A stretch of 64,000 nt of DNA, from contig OZ076409.1 in assembly GCA_964187785.1 (NCBI GenBank), positions 61,940,001 through 62,004,000 of the forward strand, read 5' to 3'. The position numbers and the translations under genes were made by a program. Shown here in pieces: positions 27,479-40,417 of the stretch (position 1 is the first letter of the stretch; every line of letters begins with the position of its first letter). Under the pieces are notes generated by a model. That model was not told the DNA's origin. It did not search any database and saw only the letters and a program-made list of their open reading frames with translations. The stretch is from Amphiscolops sp. MND2022. Lineage: Eukaryota.

Positions 27479-28131
27479 AACAAACAACGAACAAATGAAC
27501 AACTCAATTTCAATCTTTTACATACCTATTATTTATCAGGTAGCATCCAAAACTTTTATTCATAGTAGAGTTGAAAGTGAAAACTTGTTTAAAACGATTT
27601 ATTAAATTAATTCTTCAATATGCTCTTTTTCACGCACTACATTCATCTTGGGAAGCATTTGTTTTGGGTATCATGAAACAAAAAACAAGACCAAAACGGT
27701 TTCAATGATGTTAACTCAATTCAAGGAATTTATGCCGCAAAGATATTTCGATGTAGAGTTCTAAACTATGAGATTTTGAAATTCATTCCGAAATGCTTGC
27801 TCGCAAAGGAACCCATTTTCAACAGAAACTCGGGAGTTCAAAAGAAGCGATGGTATCGTGAGCATCGGAATGCTATTTTTCCATGACTAAATATTTGCTT
27901 TAAAAACTGCGAATGATTCCAGTTCTAAGACATTACGGCCAGTATTTAATGATAAATAATTATTATTTGGGCGTAATGTCCGGACAACATGATTCCAATC
28001 ACGGACATTGTCAACGTTTCAGAGCCAAGCATTGAATAAACCAACAGTACTGGACATTGGAAGAACAAACAGAACAGAATTAAAAATTTGAACTTTTAAA
28101 AAGGACATTGTAGGATGTAAAAAGCTAAGAC

Positions 28132-28567
28132 CAGGGTTGTCAAAAAAACGTTTTTTATCTAAAAAAACAATTATACATGTTTTTTATCGAAAAAGTTTTT
28201 TTTGTATTTTATGTTTTTTTATTTTTCAGCGACACATAGAACATAAGCATCACAAAATGAAGCAATTCATTCAAGCTGAGTTCAGTTGCCGGTAGAGAAA
28301 GGCCATTTTGCCGGCTTTTTGGGCGTCCAAATTGCTTCGAAGCTTGCCAGTGGCACAATATCTTCGAAACAATCCTGACATTGCGCTCTGGTTCTTCCAT
28401 CGGTTTCAATTTTTTTGAAAAAGCCTAATTTGGTCTTCTTTTCGACCATTTCAACCTGAAAAAGATGATTGCACGTAAATTGTTTTAAACAATGTTTTTT
28501 ATGGGTGTTTTAAAACATGTTTTATTGGTATGTGTTTTAAAACATGTTTTAAAACATGACAACCTTG
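28132..28567 (-). mobile_element. Internally deleted hAT element
   Basis: 8-bp TSD GCTAAGAC and TIR CAGGGTTGTCA / TGACAACCTTG. The minus strand keeps a BED-finger-like remnant (GRKEDQI..F.KIETDGRTRAQCQDC). Confidence 0.85.
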
Positions 28568-29517
28568 GCTAAGACCAAACGTTTCGAAATAGTGTTCACG
28601 AATGTTACCAATATTACAGAACAAATTGGGTTTATCTTAGTTTACATAGCGATGGAAAAGGCCTTTTTGATTCTGGACTTTCCTGTTCAGTAAAAATAGC
28701 AGCTTCAAAAAAGACACGCAAACTGTTACGAAGTTTGACTGCTCCGAAAAATCAAATAGAATGAATTGCATTGGCGATCACTCAATTTTTCTAGTCCTCA
28801 GATGTATTATTTGCAGTCAGAATAGCTAAATTCTAAAGGTGAAGTTTACAGACCTGATACAAGAGTAAAAGGGAATATATTGAAAAACGACTCGACGAAT
28901 TCCAAAAGTGAAATCTTGCATATATTTTCAATTTTGAGAATCATAACATTTTGATATAATTACCATTGGACAAACGCAACAAAAATTGTCTATTTATTTA
29001 ACCAATGAACAATTCAAAGCATTTCGAGGTGAAATCAATCATTATTTGAAAAACAATTAGGGAATAAAATGGTAACAAGTCGGAAATAACTGAAAACGGT
29101 TGAGCAAACAATTCGGAAAATTGAATCATCATTTCATGGGATTAAAATAACAATTGCTGAGATAAAATTGCAACGAAGCATAACTAGTGATTAATAATGA
29201 AGGCAAGCTTCTTGATCTTGGCCTCAAAGAAAAGCATTGATCCCTGATATGAAGTTACTGCGCTGATTTTAAGTAACCAATCGAATTATATTTTGTTCAA
29301 GTGATATACGCTTTGTTCAAAAAGCCGAGTCAACAGCCCATTGTCTGGTATTTTCGTGTAATTTAGAGCGCAATTCTTTTTAAATATTATTCTATAGCAA
29401 AAGTAGTTTATCAACAAAACTTTTTTGCTGAATGAAATTGAAACGTGAGAAAATTTTTCGAAAACATGGTTCTAAAACTATACAACTTCCTGTTCGACCT
29501 AAGGGCCTTATCGCAGC

Positions 29518-29771
29518 TTAGACGTCGTCTAAACACTTGAACATTTTGTTTCTCTGCATTATGTTGTGAATCATCTGCAGCATAATGTTGTCCCGCACAC
29601 CCGAGCACCTCCTGGTGGATACTACCTCCCGGATTAACCTGGATACTTCACAGTCGCTTCTACTGCACTTGCATCTACCAGTGAGCATGAAGTGACGATA
29701 CAGATCGCGCACAGATGACAGGTTGTCATTCTCAATTTCTTGAACATCCACAGGACCTGGCGTGTTGGCAG
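29518..29771 (-). CDS. Possible terminal exon of an unidentified small Cys-containing protein
   Basis: A stop-free ~84-codon frame with higher GC than its flanks and a candidate TAG acceptor at 29774-29772. Upstream exons were not resolved. Confidence 0.3.
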
Positions 29772-30709
29772 CTACATTTTAACCTTATTAAAACTCTACG
29801 CGTATTCATGATCTATAAACTAGTCCAATTTCACCGGAATTGCTACTCCAACAGAAAAATTAGATGTCGAAAGATATAAATGTTCATACATGATATCAAT
29901 GGGGACCATTGAATACTTTCATCTTCATCGGATGTTAGATGAAAACAAAAGGCACAATGTCACTGTTTTTAGGTTAAAATGTAACAGATAATTGCCAAAA
30001 ACGAAATTGATAACTTTTTGACAGTCGAAAAGTACGCAAAATTGGGATGAAAGTTTGTATCACAAAACAGAAAATCGAGCTGACTTTTCAACATTAACTA
30101 TTAAGGGCTGCTAAAGGAAGCAAACACACGCAACAGAACCACAAAACATACGACAATGATGAAACTTTATGCGAGTGTAGCAAGGCGAAGCTTAGTGTCC
30201 CCGAGTGTCAAAAATTCAACATTCTTCTCTCGTGTCCACAAAAAATGTAAAGCGAATTTAATTTAGTTACCTTGAACGCAAATAACCACAGATACTATTC
30301 CTAGAATTTTGAAATTCCCCCTCGTCCAGAATTTAACACTTAAAAACTCTAAAGGGTCCCCTTTCTATTGAGTTTTTAGCCATGTTTGGTATCAAAACTT
30401 TCAAAATACATAAGCGGTCTATAGCTCGGTTTTGAGCGCATGTGTATAAAAGTAACACACGAAGAATGCAAACAATGCGTGGGCGGCTAATAAGGGATTA
30501 GGCCTATATTCACAGTGATTTTGATTTAAACATCGATGATATAATTTATCAATTTGCTGTTGAGAATCGTCGGCTGGAAATTAATTGATTTCCTTAAAAA
30601 CTTTTCCGCCCTACGTTGAGAAATTTCTAAAGCCGCACCTGCAAGCGGTATCAGTTAGCACTATTCTCAAGTACGTCTTCGCCGAAAAAAATGAAAGGCT
30701 TCGGCTGTG

Positions 30710-30870
30710 AGTAGTATACGAATTCCCGATTCGGGCCAGTCAAATATTTTAAAATGTTGATTATTATTTTTTTAAAAATCAACGTTTTTTTCACAACTAA
30801 CTGTTAAAAAATAACCAAGGCAAATCATCTAAAAATTAGTTATTTTTCACAACTGAAAAATTAACAAAAT
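30710..30870 (+). repeat. Left bipartite TIR of the Polinton
   Basis: 30710-30744 is the reverse complement of 44988-45022, and ~30774-30870 is the reverse complement of ~44782-44878 with two mismatches. Confidence 0.93.
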
Positions 30871-31722
30871 AAAAATCAATGAACAAATTTTTCCAGTGGA
30901 AAACTTTGTCATAAAAGAAAAATTCACTAACCTCTATTTTACTTTAGATGATAATAGAGAAAATTTGTATCGAGAGATTCCTTGTAGCAAAAATTTTTGG
31001 AATGAAAGTAGCATTCAAGTGAAAACATATGGTATTGAAATAACATCAAGTGGAACGTCACTTGTTGAATTTTTCGAGACATATGAATTTTCCGAGACAA
31101 ATAAAAAAGCCGATGTAAAAATCTGAAACTTGAAAAAACCGATACAAATATCTCGGAAAAATTTTTAAATCTATATATAGAAAATTTTTATTCCTAATCT
31201 TAATACATGGGAAAAGTTAAATTGCTCAATATCTCAACGGGAAATCATTTTTGAGAAAAACATTGAAAATGAAAGTTGTAGACAATCTAAAGGTACACAC
31301 ATTTTGTATCTGCGGCTTACCTCTAAAATCAACCCACTGATTACCACCTGCCCCAACAGGTGTGAAAAATGGGTTTTTCTCAATTTTCTCGAAATTGGGT
31401 CATCTTACTATACCGACTCAGAAGATTAAAGTTATAGACAAAAATGAGACAACTATTTTACAAGAAGAAAGTTTTCTGTATCTTGGACCCACTGATTACC
31501 AGGTGATGAAACAGGTGTGAAAATTGGGTTTTTCGCATTTTACTCGAGACTGGTTGGTCCTACCGTGAAAAATCAGTAACTAAAATTGGAGACATCCAAA
31601 AAATGAACGACTTTTGTTACTAACAAATTTTTTCATCTTGAACCCACAGGTGAGAAAAAAAATTTCATTTTTTTTAAAAAAGACATTGAAAAATTTTAAT
31701 TAAACTATTTTTTCTTTAATAA

Positions 31723-34700
31723 ATGGAAATGGAAAATTGTAGAATTTGTAATTCAAATTATAAAAAATGTTTTAAATCTGATCATTATAATTCAGTAAAA
31801 CATCTTGAAAAATTAAATCAATATTATTGTAAAAAATGTAATTTATATATGCCCTTATCAGAAAAAAGTTCTCATTTAAATTCAGATGAACATAAAAATA
31901 AAACCGAACAACGACGTGTTTGGTGTGAAGATTGTAATAGATATATATCTGATAAAACAAGACATTTCCAAAGTGAAATTCATTTACAAAACCGTCAAAA
32001 CCGTCAACAAAACAATATACAAAACACCTTCGGTAATGGAGTAGAAATAATTATGAATGAAAATACATACATTAAATTGAAAGTAAATCCTACTGAAAAT
32101 CTTGAACATAACATAAATAAAGTATTAAATAAAAATTTTCCTCGATATAAATATCAATTGAGTTATTTAGCTAAATTTATAAAAACAGTTACATTCGGTA
32201 ATGGAGAAGAAGTTGTATTTAAAAGATGGATAAAATCAGATCTAATGTATAACAATATACAACCAGATACTCATAACACATTAATGCAGAAATTAGATGA
32301 TGAACAATTAGAAGGATCAGGTTTTGTGTTTCAAGAAATAGAAGAAGTTATTTTAGAAATATATAAAGTTAATGATATCCAAGCTAGTTCATGGGTTGAG
32401 TTACCAGGAAAATATAAGGATAGTAAATCAATTATAAATATAAAGAATAATGATCAATATTGTTTTTTATGGTGCATTTTAGCCCAGTTGTATCCAGTTG
32501 AGAATCATAAAGATAGAATATCAAAATATATTATTCATTTAAATAAACTCAACCTGAAAGGATTAGAGTTCCCTATGAAAGTTAAAGATATTCCCAAGTT
32601 CGAAAACCTAAATAATTTAAACATAAATGTATTTGAACTCACGGGAAATGTTTTAACACCAATCCACGTTAACAAAAATTACTTACAACCACAAATAGAT
32701 TTGTTATTGTATGAGAATCACTATTGTCTAACAACAAGGTTGCATTGTCTAATAAATAAAGATTCACACATGCGATGGGTGTGTAGAAGATGTTTAACAG
32801 CATTTAGTTCACAACCAGTTCTAATTGATCATATGGAAAGATGTATAAAACAACAACCAACTAAAATCAGTTTCAGTTATAAAGATCATCTAAAATTTGA
32901 AGACCACCACATGAAAATACCTTTACCTATTAGAGTATATGCAGATTTTGAATGTATTAATCAACCTCAAAACATCCCTAATGTATTATTTAAACAAATT
33001 CCAATTGCAGTAGGATTTTATATAATTTCACCATTTGGAAACAAGTACAGCTCATACTTTGGAACAGATTGTACCAAGTGGTTTGTAAAGGAAATGTTGA
33101 AATTAGAACTAGAAGCAAATATATATTTTAAAACAAATTTGGAATTACAAATAACTCCTGAAGAAGAATCATTTCAACAATCCACCACTTGCTGGCTCTG
33201 TGAAAATTCACTCGATAATACCGAAGGCGTTTTGTGTACTAAGGTTAGAGATCATGATCATCTGACAGGAAAATACAGAGGAGCAGCTCATAATATATGT
33301 AACATAAATTGTAAACAAAGGTCATCAAAAATGTTCCTATATTTTTCCATAACTTTTCTGGGTATGATTGTCATCTTATATTTGAAGAACTTTTAACCGA
33401 AGCATACAATCAAAATTATAATCCAACGATAATTCCAAAATCACTGGAAAATTATGTTAGTGTACAAGTTGGTTGTTTGGGATTCTTAGATTCATACCGA
33501 TTTCTTTCTTCCAGTTTAGATAAATTAGTTAAGAGTTTAGACAATTTTCCTATCACGAAATTGGAAGGAATGAGTGATGATTTATTCAGAAAAAATTAGC
33601 TTATTCATATGAATACTAAAATCTTGATAACTTTCAGGAACCATTAAATCTAACCAAAGAAGATTATTGGTCAACATTAACACAATCTTATCCATCAGAT
33701 GATGATATAAAAAGAACCCAAGAATTAATTGAGAAATATAAAATTAGGAACGGACAAGAATTAACTATGTTATATTTAAAAATGGATGTTCTTCAATTAG
33801 CTGATGTATTTGAAAACTTTGTGGAAAGTTCTACACGAGAATATAAAATTAATCCTTTGTATAGTTACTCTCTACCTGGTTATACATGGAAAGCTGGATT
33901 AAAGTTGACTAATATCAAGTTAGACTTTATAAAAGATAAAGAATTATTACTACTACTTGAAAATAACATCCGTGGAGGAATTTCAAGTGTAATGGGAGAT
34001 CGTCACGTGCAATCTGATGAAAATAAACAAATCTTATATATCGATGCAAATAATCTATATGGATGGGCAATGAGTCAATATCTTCCTACTGGCGAATTCA
34101 AAAAACTACAACTTCCAGAAAACTACTCACAAGATCAATTAGTAGAAGATTTATTACAAATACCTGATGATAATGAATATGGTTACTTCATAGATTGTGA
34201 TTTAGAATATCCTGTTGAAATTAAAGAAAAAACAAAAAACTTTCCTTTTTGTCCGTATCAAACAAAAGCAGATTCAGACTTATTCTCAGGTTATATGAAT
34301 AATGTAAATCAACCTAATTACAAACCAACCCCAAAACTTATGTGTGATGTAACCAGTAAATCGAAATATATGATACATTATAGGATGTTTAAGTTTTATC
34401 TTAACCAAGGGATGAAAGTAACGAAGATACATACTATCTATAAGTTTAAACAAAGTCCATGGTTAGGTAAATATATCGATCATAATACTCAGAAACGTAC
34501 AGTAGCGAAAACAAACTTTGAAAAGGATTTTTATAAATTAATGAATAATGCTTTCTTTGGGAAGACTATGGAAAATGTAAGAGATAGAACCAATCTAGAA
34601 TTCATTGATCATTCTCAAATAGATCAAATAATAAAAAGACAATCCAAGTTAAGTTTCAAAGGCATTGTGGATCATTATTCTAAGTTTAGCGTGTACAAGT

Positions 34701-35485
34701 TTGATAAAGAAAAAACAGTCTTTGACAAACCAATTTATTTAAGTTTTACAGTTTTAGAACTATCAAAACTATTAATGTATGAATTTTATTATAACAAATT
34801 ACAACCATATTGGAAACAATCCATACAACTACACTACATGGACACTGATAGTTTTATTCTGAGTTTTGATACAAACCACCAAGAACTAATTAACTTTTTA
34901 CAAGAAAACAAAGATGAATTTGATTTCAGTGAATTACACAAATCTCATGAATTATATGATCCTGTTAACAAAAAAGTTATAGGAAAAATGAAAATTGAAA
35001 CAAGTCCAGTTTTGGTGTTAGATACATTCACAGCATTGCGATCAAAGTCATATTCTTTTAGTTACAATAGTATCATTCAAAAAGCGTAACAAAAAGGAAT
35101 ACAAAAAGCTCCCAAATGTGAAGAATATCAGAATTCATTGTTTAATTCAGAAACATCAAGTTCTACAAACATATCAATTAGATCTAATTTACACAACCTC
35201 ACAGTTGAAAAACAACCTAGGTTGTGTTTGAATCCTTTTGACGATAAACGTTTGTATATAAATCCAATACAAAGTTTACCATGGGATAAACACACCCAGA
35301 AAGGTGATTGTCCTTGTATATATTGTTTGAAATTAATTGGTTTGTATTATAAAGATTTAACTATAAATGATAATGGTAGCAAGAAAACAGATGAAGAAAT
35401 TTATTTGAATATTTGGTACCAAAAAGAAAATCTAACCCATCAACAACTTGTGAAGTTGATAAGTGATCGAGCACATGTTTTATAA
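31723..35485 (+). pseudogene. Protein-primed family B DNA polymerase (pPolB) with N-terminal zinc fingers and an endonuclease-VII-like insert; disrupted
   Basis: Exo motifs YADFE, FHNFSGYD (after the frameshift at ~33330) and YLKMDV. Pol motifs YIDANNLYG, KLMNNAFFGK and YMDTDS. Insert DHDHLTGKYRGAAHNICN. Further lesions at ~33595-33620 and an in-frame TAA at 35087. Confidence 0.95.
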
Positions 35486-35654
35486 TTATATTTCTTTCAT
35501 AAAAATAAAAATATTTTATAAATTTATTTATTATATTTTTTAAATAAGGAATCTCTGATATCATTAAATTATAAATTTATATAATAAAATCAGTTTTATA
35601 TAATAGAATCAATTTTATTTTATATATTATATTTATTTACTGAAAGAGCTTTGC

Positions 35655-36880
35655 TTATAATAAATCAAAATGCCTTTGTCCATCACTACTGATACTTATC
35701 AGTTTAGGTGTTAGGACTAGGGCATAAGCTATATAGTATGCTACATCAATGGCAGCATTAAATTTAAATTCTAATCTAATAGGTTGACTGGCAATATTAT
35801 CTTTTTGTTTGGATAAGTCAAATACATAAAAATTATAATTTGTTCTGAATTTGTGCAAATCAATAAATGGATTGAGTAGATTAGTTTCACTTTTTAACAA
35901 ATAGAAGTTTTCAATTTCACTGTATGCTTGATCATATTTGTCACGGTCGTAATCACATTCTATTCCATCATCGGGATATTTTTCTGATCCTATTTTAAAA
36001 ACACCACTACTAATTGGAAGTCTATCAAATGTTGCATTATCATGTGTTTGTGAATCAACTTTATTTCTAGCTTGAAATCCAACAATTATAAAACTTGGTG
36101 TCTATTCTCTACTGCTGCCTAATTCAAATGTCCAATTATTATTCGTGTTAACATCTTTTCTAAATACAATCCGTTCCATGTAATATATTTCAGTTGGATC
36201 TTTGTCTAATATTTGATCCATCACGAGTTGTTGGTTTTCCATTGATGGTATGTAGTGTGGAATGTACCAGGAGATGTCTTTTATATTTATTTTTGCAGCA
36301 TCCACACCATTGTCCTTGATAATAGGGTCGTTAATATTATTACGTTTTAATGTGAGACTGTAACCAATCCATAAGTTATTTTTTCTTGATCAGCGAATCC
36401 AAATATATCAGTTAATTTTATTCTCACAAAAAAGGTTCCTTTCTCTGTTTTATTATTTGTTAGTTCTTGTCTTCTAGTTGCTTGTGATTCTTCAAACCCA
36501 TACATCAATTGACTTGTTTGTTGATTAGATGTTAAAAGTTTATACATCAATGAAATTGGGTGTAGATTATCAACTTTTTCTAAATGCTTACCCGAACTAG
36601 TAGTTAACTTAGCTTCACTGAATAAAGCAACGGGTCCAAAGTTAACCAAGCTTATTTGATCACCATCTGCATATCTTGTATCATCATTTTTGAGAACTTC
36701 AAATTCTAATGATATGAATGAGTTTTGTAAACAAATATATGCATCTTCTCTTGGGAAGATGATGGAAATATTTGAATTGTTGTTGATCGTAGCTAAACTA
36801 CTAGGTGAGTATTTAATAAAATCAATTTTATGAATAGGTTTATCCATAGCATATTTATTTTTCAATGAAAATAATTCCAT
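35655..36880 (-). pseudogene. Double-jelly-roll major capsid protein, fragmented
   Basis: Three consecutive ORF pieces total ~400 codons. N-terminal ...LQNSFISLEF...LVNFGPVALFSEAKL and C-terminal YVFDLSKQ...IRLEFKF...AYALVL fit Polinton MCP patterns. Confidence 0.8.
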
Positions 36881-37037
36881 TTATATAGAAAAAATATTCA
36901 TTTTTTCTACATAAACTTTTGGTTTGTACAGAAAAAAATATTTATTTTTTCTGTAAACCTTTGGTTTGTAAAAGAATGAATAAATATTCATGATGATGAT
37001 TTAAAATTTATATTTATATTATTTTTACTAAATAAAC

Positions 37038-37559
37038 TTATCCTAAAAAAGTAAACTCAGAATTTAGTTTAGTTTTGTTCGTTTTGTATGTATCATAAGT
37101 TTGTTTTAATTTGTTGTATTCATTCAGATCAATTTTATTGTCTTCTAAACACTTTGAATGTAGTTTTTGGTAGTCGTGTAGTGTTCCACCAGCAAGAGTA
37201 TATTTTTTAATATTGTGTTGTTCTTTTCTTTTCAGGTATTCGTTAAGAATTTTACTGATTATGGATACTCCTGCACCTATACCACTCGCGATGGGTACAA
37301 CAACAAGTCCAACTCCGGTATCACTTAATGTGATAGCAGTTGAAGAAACACCCAATAAAAAAACTCCATCAATAGATTGAATTAAACCGTTTATAATTTT
37401 ATATGTTTTGGATTTCTTTTTATACTTTCTAGCTTCATGATTATAAAAAGTGTGAAAACCTTTTATATTTTGAATTGAATTATTAAAACTATTTATTTCT
37501 TTCAATCGCAAATCAAGACTATCACTTGGTTGTAAACATGGGTACAATTTTTCACTCAT
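37038..37559 (-). CDS. Polinton protein with a Gly-rich hydrophobic (TM/amphipathic) core, function unknown
   Basis: Intact 173-aa ORF with GVFLLGVSSTAITLSDTGVGLVVVPIASGIGAGVSII flanked by basic helices. Confidence 0.75.
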   Translation of the reverse strand: MSEKLYPCLQPSDSLDLRLKEINSFNNSIQNIKGFHTFYNHEARKYKKKSKTYKIINGLIQSIDGVFLLGVSSTAITLSDTGVGLVVVPIASGIGAGVSIISKILNEYLKRKEQHNIKKYTLAGGTLHDYQKLHSKCLEDNKIDLNEYNKLKQTYDTYKTNKTKLNSEFTFLG

Positions 37560-37616
37560 TTAAATTAAAACAAAAACTTAATTTTATAAAGTATTTAGTT
37601 TAAATTTTACAAGTAT

Positions 37617-38336
37617 TCACTCTTCAAAAAGTATAAAATTAATCTCAGTATCGGTTAGTTTCATTCTATATTTAAGGTCAACAATATCTTTGTATTCATC
37701 TATTTTTAAGGAATACACGATATCTTCTCTCGTTGAATAATCTAAATCAGATAAAAATACACACCATCTGATGTCTTTATTTCTTTTCCGTATTTTCCAA
37801 CAAGTATTCATCACTAAAATATAAGTACTCATTAAAGATTTGGTCTTTATTTTCAAATGAATCAAACAATCCTTTGTTGTATAGTAATTGAATAGTATCT
37901 TTGACTGCTTGATTTTTACATTTTTCCAATTCCGAAATAAAAGGTTTCTCTCAAAATGATTACGTAAAATGGTTTGTTGTTCTTCCACTAACTTGGCAGC
38001 ATCCAAAATTATTTCTTTCTTTTCTAAAAATTTATTTTTAACATCTTGTTCTAAGTATTTCAGGTTGATTTTCAAGTCTTCGATATTTTTGTTTATGTCT
38101 AAGAATAACTTTGCATTGACTACTACCTTGGTTTCACCATCATCAAAATTAATTTCTTGTACACGCAATGCGCCTTCGGTATTTTGTAGGCTATCAGTCA
38201 TACCATTTATGGTGCTTTGCATATCATAAAGTTTTATGTTGATTAATTTGGTTTGTGATTCGAATTCTTTTTCAAGATTCTCAATCTTATCTTTTTGTAA
38301 GCTTTCGGCACTATAACCAAATTTATGAATTGACAT
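37617..38336 (-). CDS. Polinton hypothetical coiled-coil protein
   Basis: Intact 239-aa ORF, co-directional and closely packed with its neighbours, with a heptad-like N-terminal half. Confidence 0.7.
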   Translation of the reverse strand: MSIHKFGYSAESLQKDKIENLEKEFESQTKLINIKLYDMQSTINGMTDSLQNTEGALRVQEINFDDGETKVVVNAKLFLDINKNIEDLKINLKYLEQDVKNKFLEKKEIILDAAKLVEEQQTILRNHFERNLLFRNWKNVKIKQSKILFNYYTTKDCLIHLKIKTKSLMSTYILVMNTCWKIRKRNKDIRWCVFLSDLDYSTREDIVYSLKIDEYKDIVDLKYRMKLTDTEINFILFEE

Positions 38337-38353
38337 TATTTATTTAAATATAA

Positions 38354-39197
38354 TTACTCATATTGGTGGAAAATATTCATACTTTCTAACGTTTTGTTGT
38401 TAGATTTAAAGTTGAATATACTTCTTAAAAGTTCTTGTTCATAATATTTTCCTTCTATTTGTTCGTTGTTTTCATCTACTAAACCATAACTGGGTTAGTT
38501 GGATTAATTTTTTGTATTTTAAAAAGTTCTCTATTCCAATTTGTTGTATATCCTTTACTATATAAATTGCAATTATCTGGAACTCTTACATAGTCTCCCA
38601 CTTGCAATTTGGGTTGTTTCGGTTTTTTAACAAAGGTAGGTGGATCTATTGGTTGATTATTAGCTTCAAAAGGTGTTATTTTTGTTGTACCATGAACACG
38701 ATTATTATATTTTTCCATAGCAGCATCAAGGTGATTCAACCAACAAGCTTTACCTTCAATATACATTGGTTCTTTGATAAGATCTAATAATGTTCTATTG
38801 AATTGTTCAACAAAAACTGCTTTCAAATCTGAATGAGTTGAATAAATTTGAATTTCATTTTGTTTAAGAAAATCCAAAAATGTTTTAGTATAAAACTCTT
38901 TACCTCTATCTGACCAAATTTTATCAGGTTTTCTTTTTGCTTTTTCAATAAGACTTTTAAAGTTGTACTTCTTCCTGATTTATCTTTGAGGGGAATCGCC
39001 CATGCATATTTAGTATGATTATCAATTATTGTAAAAATAAACTTATAGTTTTTGTTGTATTTTGATAAACTAGACCTGTCTATCAGATCAATACTCCAAC
39101 ATTCATCTTTATAGTGAGTTTGTATTTGAATTCTCTGAAACTTCTTGATTACAGGAGAGAATATTTCTTTAGCAATTTCTTTCTTCTTTTCACTCAT
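38354..39197 (-). pseudogene. Retroviral-like (rve) Polinton integrase, two frameshifts, no chromodomain
   Basis: WSIDLID, IWSDRGKEFY, KAVFVEQFNRT, F/LQVGDYVRV..KGYTTNW. After a frameshift at ~38487 it continues YGLVDENNEQIEGKYYEQELL...HQYE*, with the stop at 38354. Confidence 0.93.
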
Positions 39198-39352
39198 TTA
39201 ATTCCTAATAAAAGAATAAAAAATTTTGTATAGGTTTATTATGTGTAATCTTTATTATAGTTTTATATATTTATTGGTATTATATTAGACCTAGACATTA
39301 CGAAAAATTATACCAAAAACTAAAACAATTCAAGGGATTTAAAAAATCTCAT

Positions 39353-40222
39353 TTGACTGATCAACCAAAAGACGAGCCACAAGTCAAACCAATCACAAAT
39401 ACTAATCGTCATTTTTTGGTGTATGGTACTAGTGGATCAGGTAAGACTAGTTTCCTGAAGTATTATTTAGATCAAACTAAAAGCGATTTTATAGTATTCG
39501 GTAGAGATGAAACTGAATTCCGTCAAGAGAATTATATATCTTTATTTCAATTAGAAAAAATAGAAATTGAATCACTTGCTAATAAAACGGTAATACTGGA
39601 TGATGCAGGTGCATATAAAAACCTTAAAACAAAAGTAGAAGACTTATTCCGGTTTGGAAGACATCATGATATACAAGTTATTTATCTTGCACATTATGCA
39701 AAAGATGTTCTACCTGTTGTTAGAGAAAATTGTTTTAAGTTATTTATCACAATAAATAATCCAGATACATTTTTCGAAACAATGATGAGTTGTTATAGTA
39801 TCAAACAACTTAATTGGAAACAATATCGTGACCAATTAGAATTTGGTGTAATTGAATTTGATACTAGATCACAAAAGTATAAAATACTCAATCAAAAGTA
39901 TCAAGTAGTATATGATACAACTTAACATAAATGGAGTCCTGAGGATTATGTAGAATATGAAAGTTATTTCTTTACAGGTGAAGAATATAATAAACTTAAA
40001 ATATTCCTAGAAGATATGTCAGATCAAACAATTGAAATAACACCTTTTAATGTAGCTTATTATTATGTATATTATTGTAAACAAAATAAAATCAAAGTAA
40101 ATGAATCTAAAATAGACAACTACGTTGAACGCATGCAACAACCATTAATTTCAGATCAACTTAAAGATGAATTTAAGAAAATTATAATTGATCAAGCAAT
40201 CAGGTTTAGTAAAAGTAATTAA
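39353..40222 (+). pseudogene. Packaging-type (A32/FtsK-HerA) ATPase 1, in-frame TAA at 39923
   Basis: Walker A GTSGSGKT, Walker B VILDD and FRFGRHHDIQVIYLAH. The frame continues through the stop into ORF 40016..40222. The true start is uncertain. Confidence 0.82.
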
Positions 40223-40417
40223 ATATACTTAAATATAATTATATAATATATAAATTATTAAAAATAATGGATCTGATTTCTTAGTAATTTCCTTAGTAAA
40301 ATCACTAAGCAAATTCACTAAGAGCATATATTTTTCACTAAGCAAATAAGGCTATACTTGAAACATCATGCTCTTAGTGAATTTGCTTAGTGCTCTTAGT
40401 GATTTTTTACTAAATCA

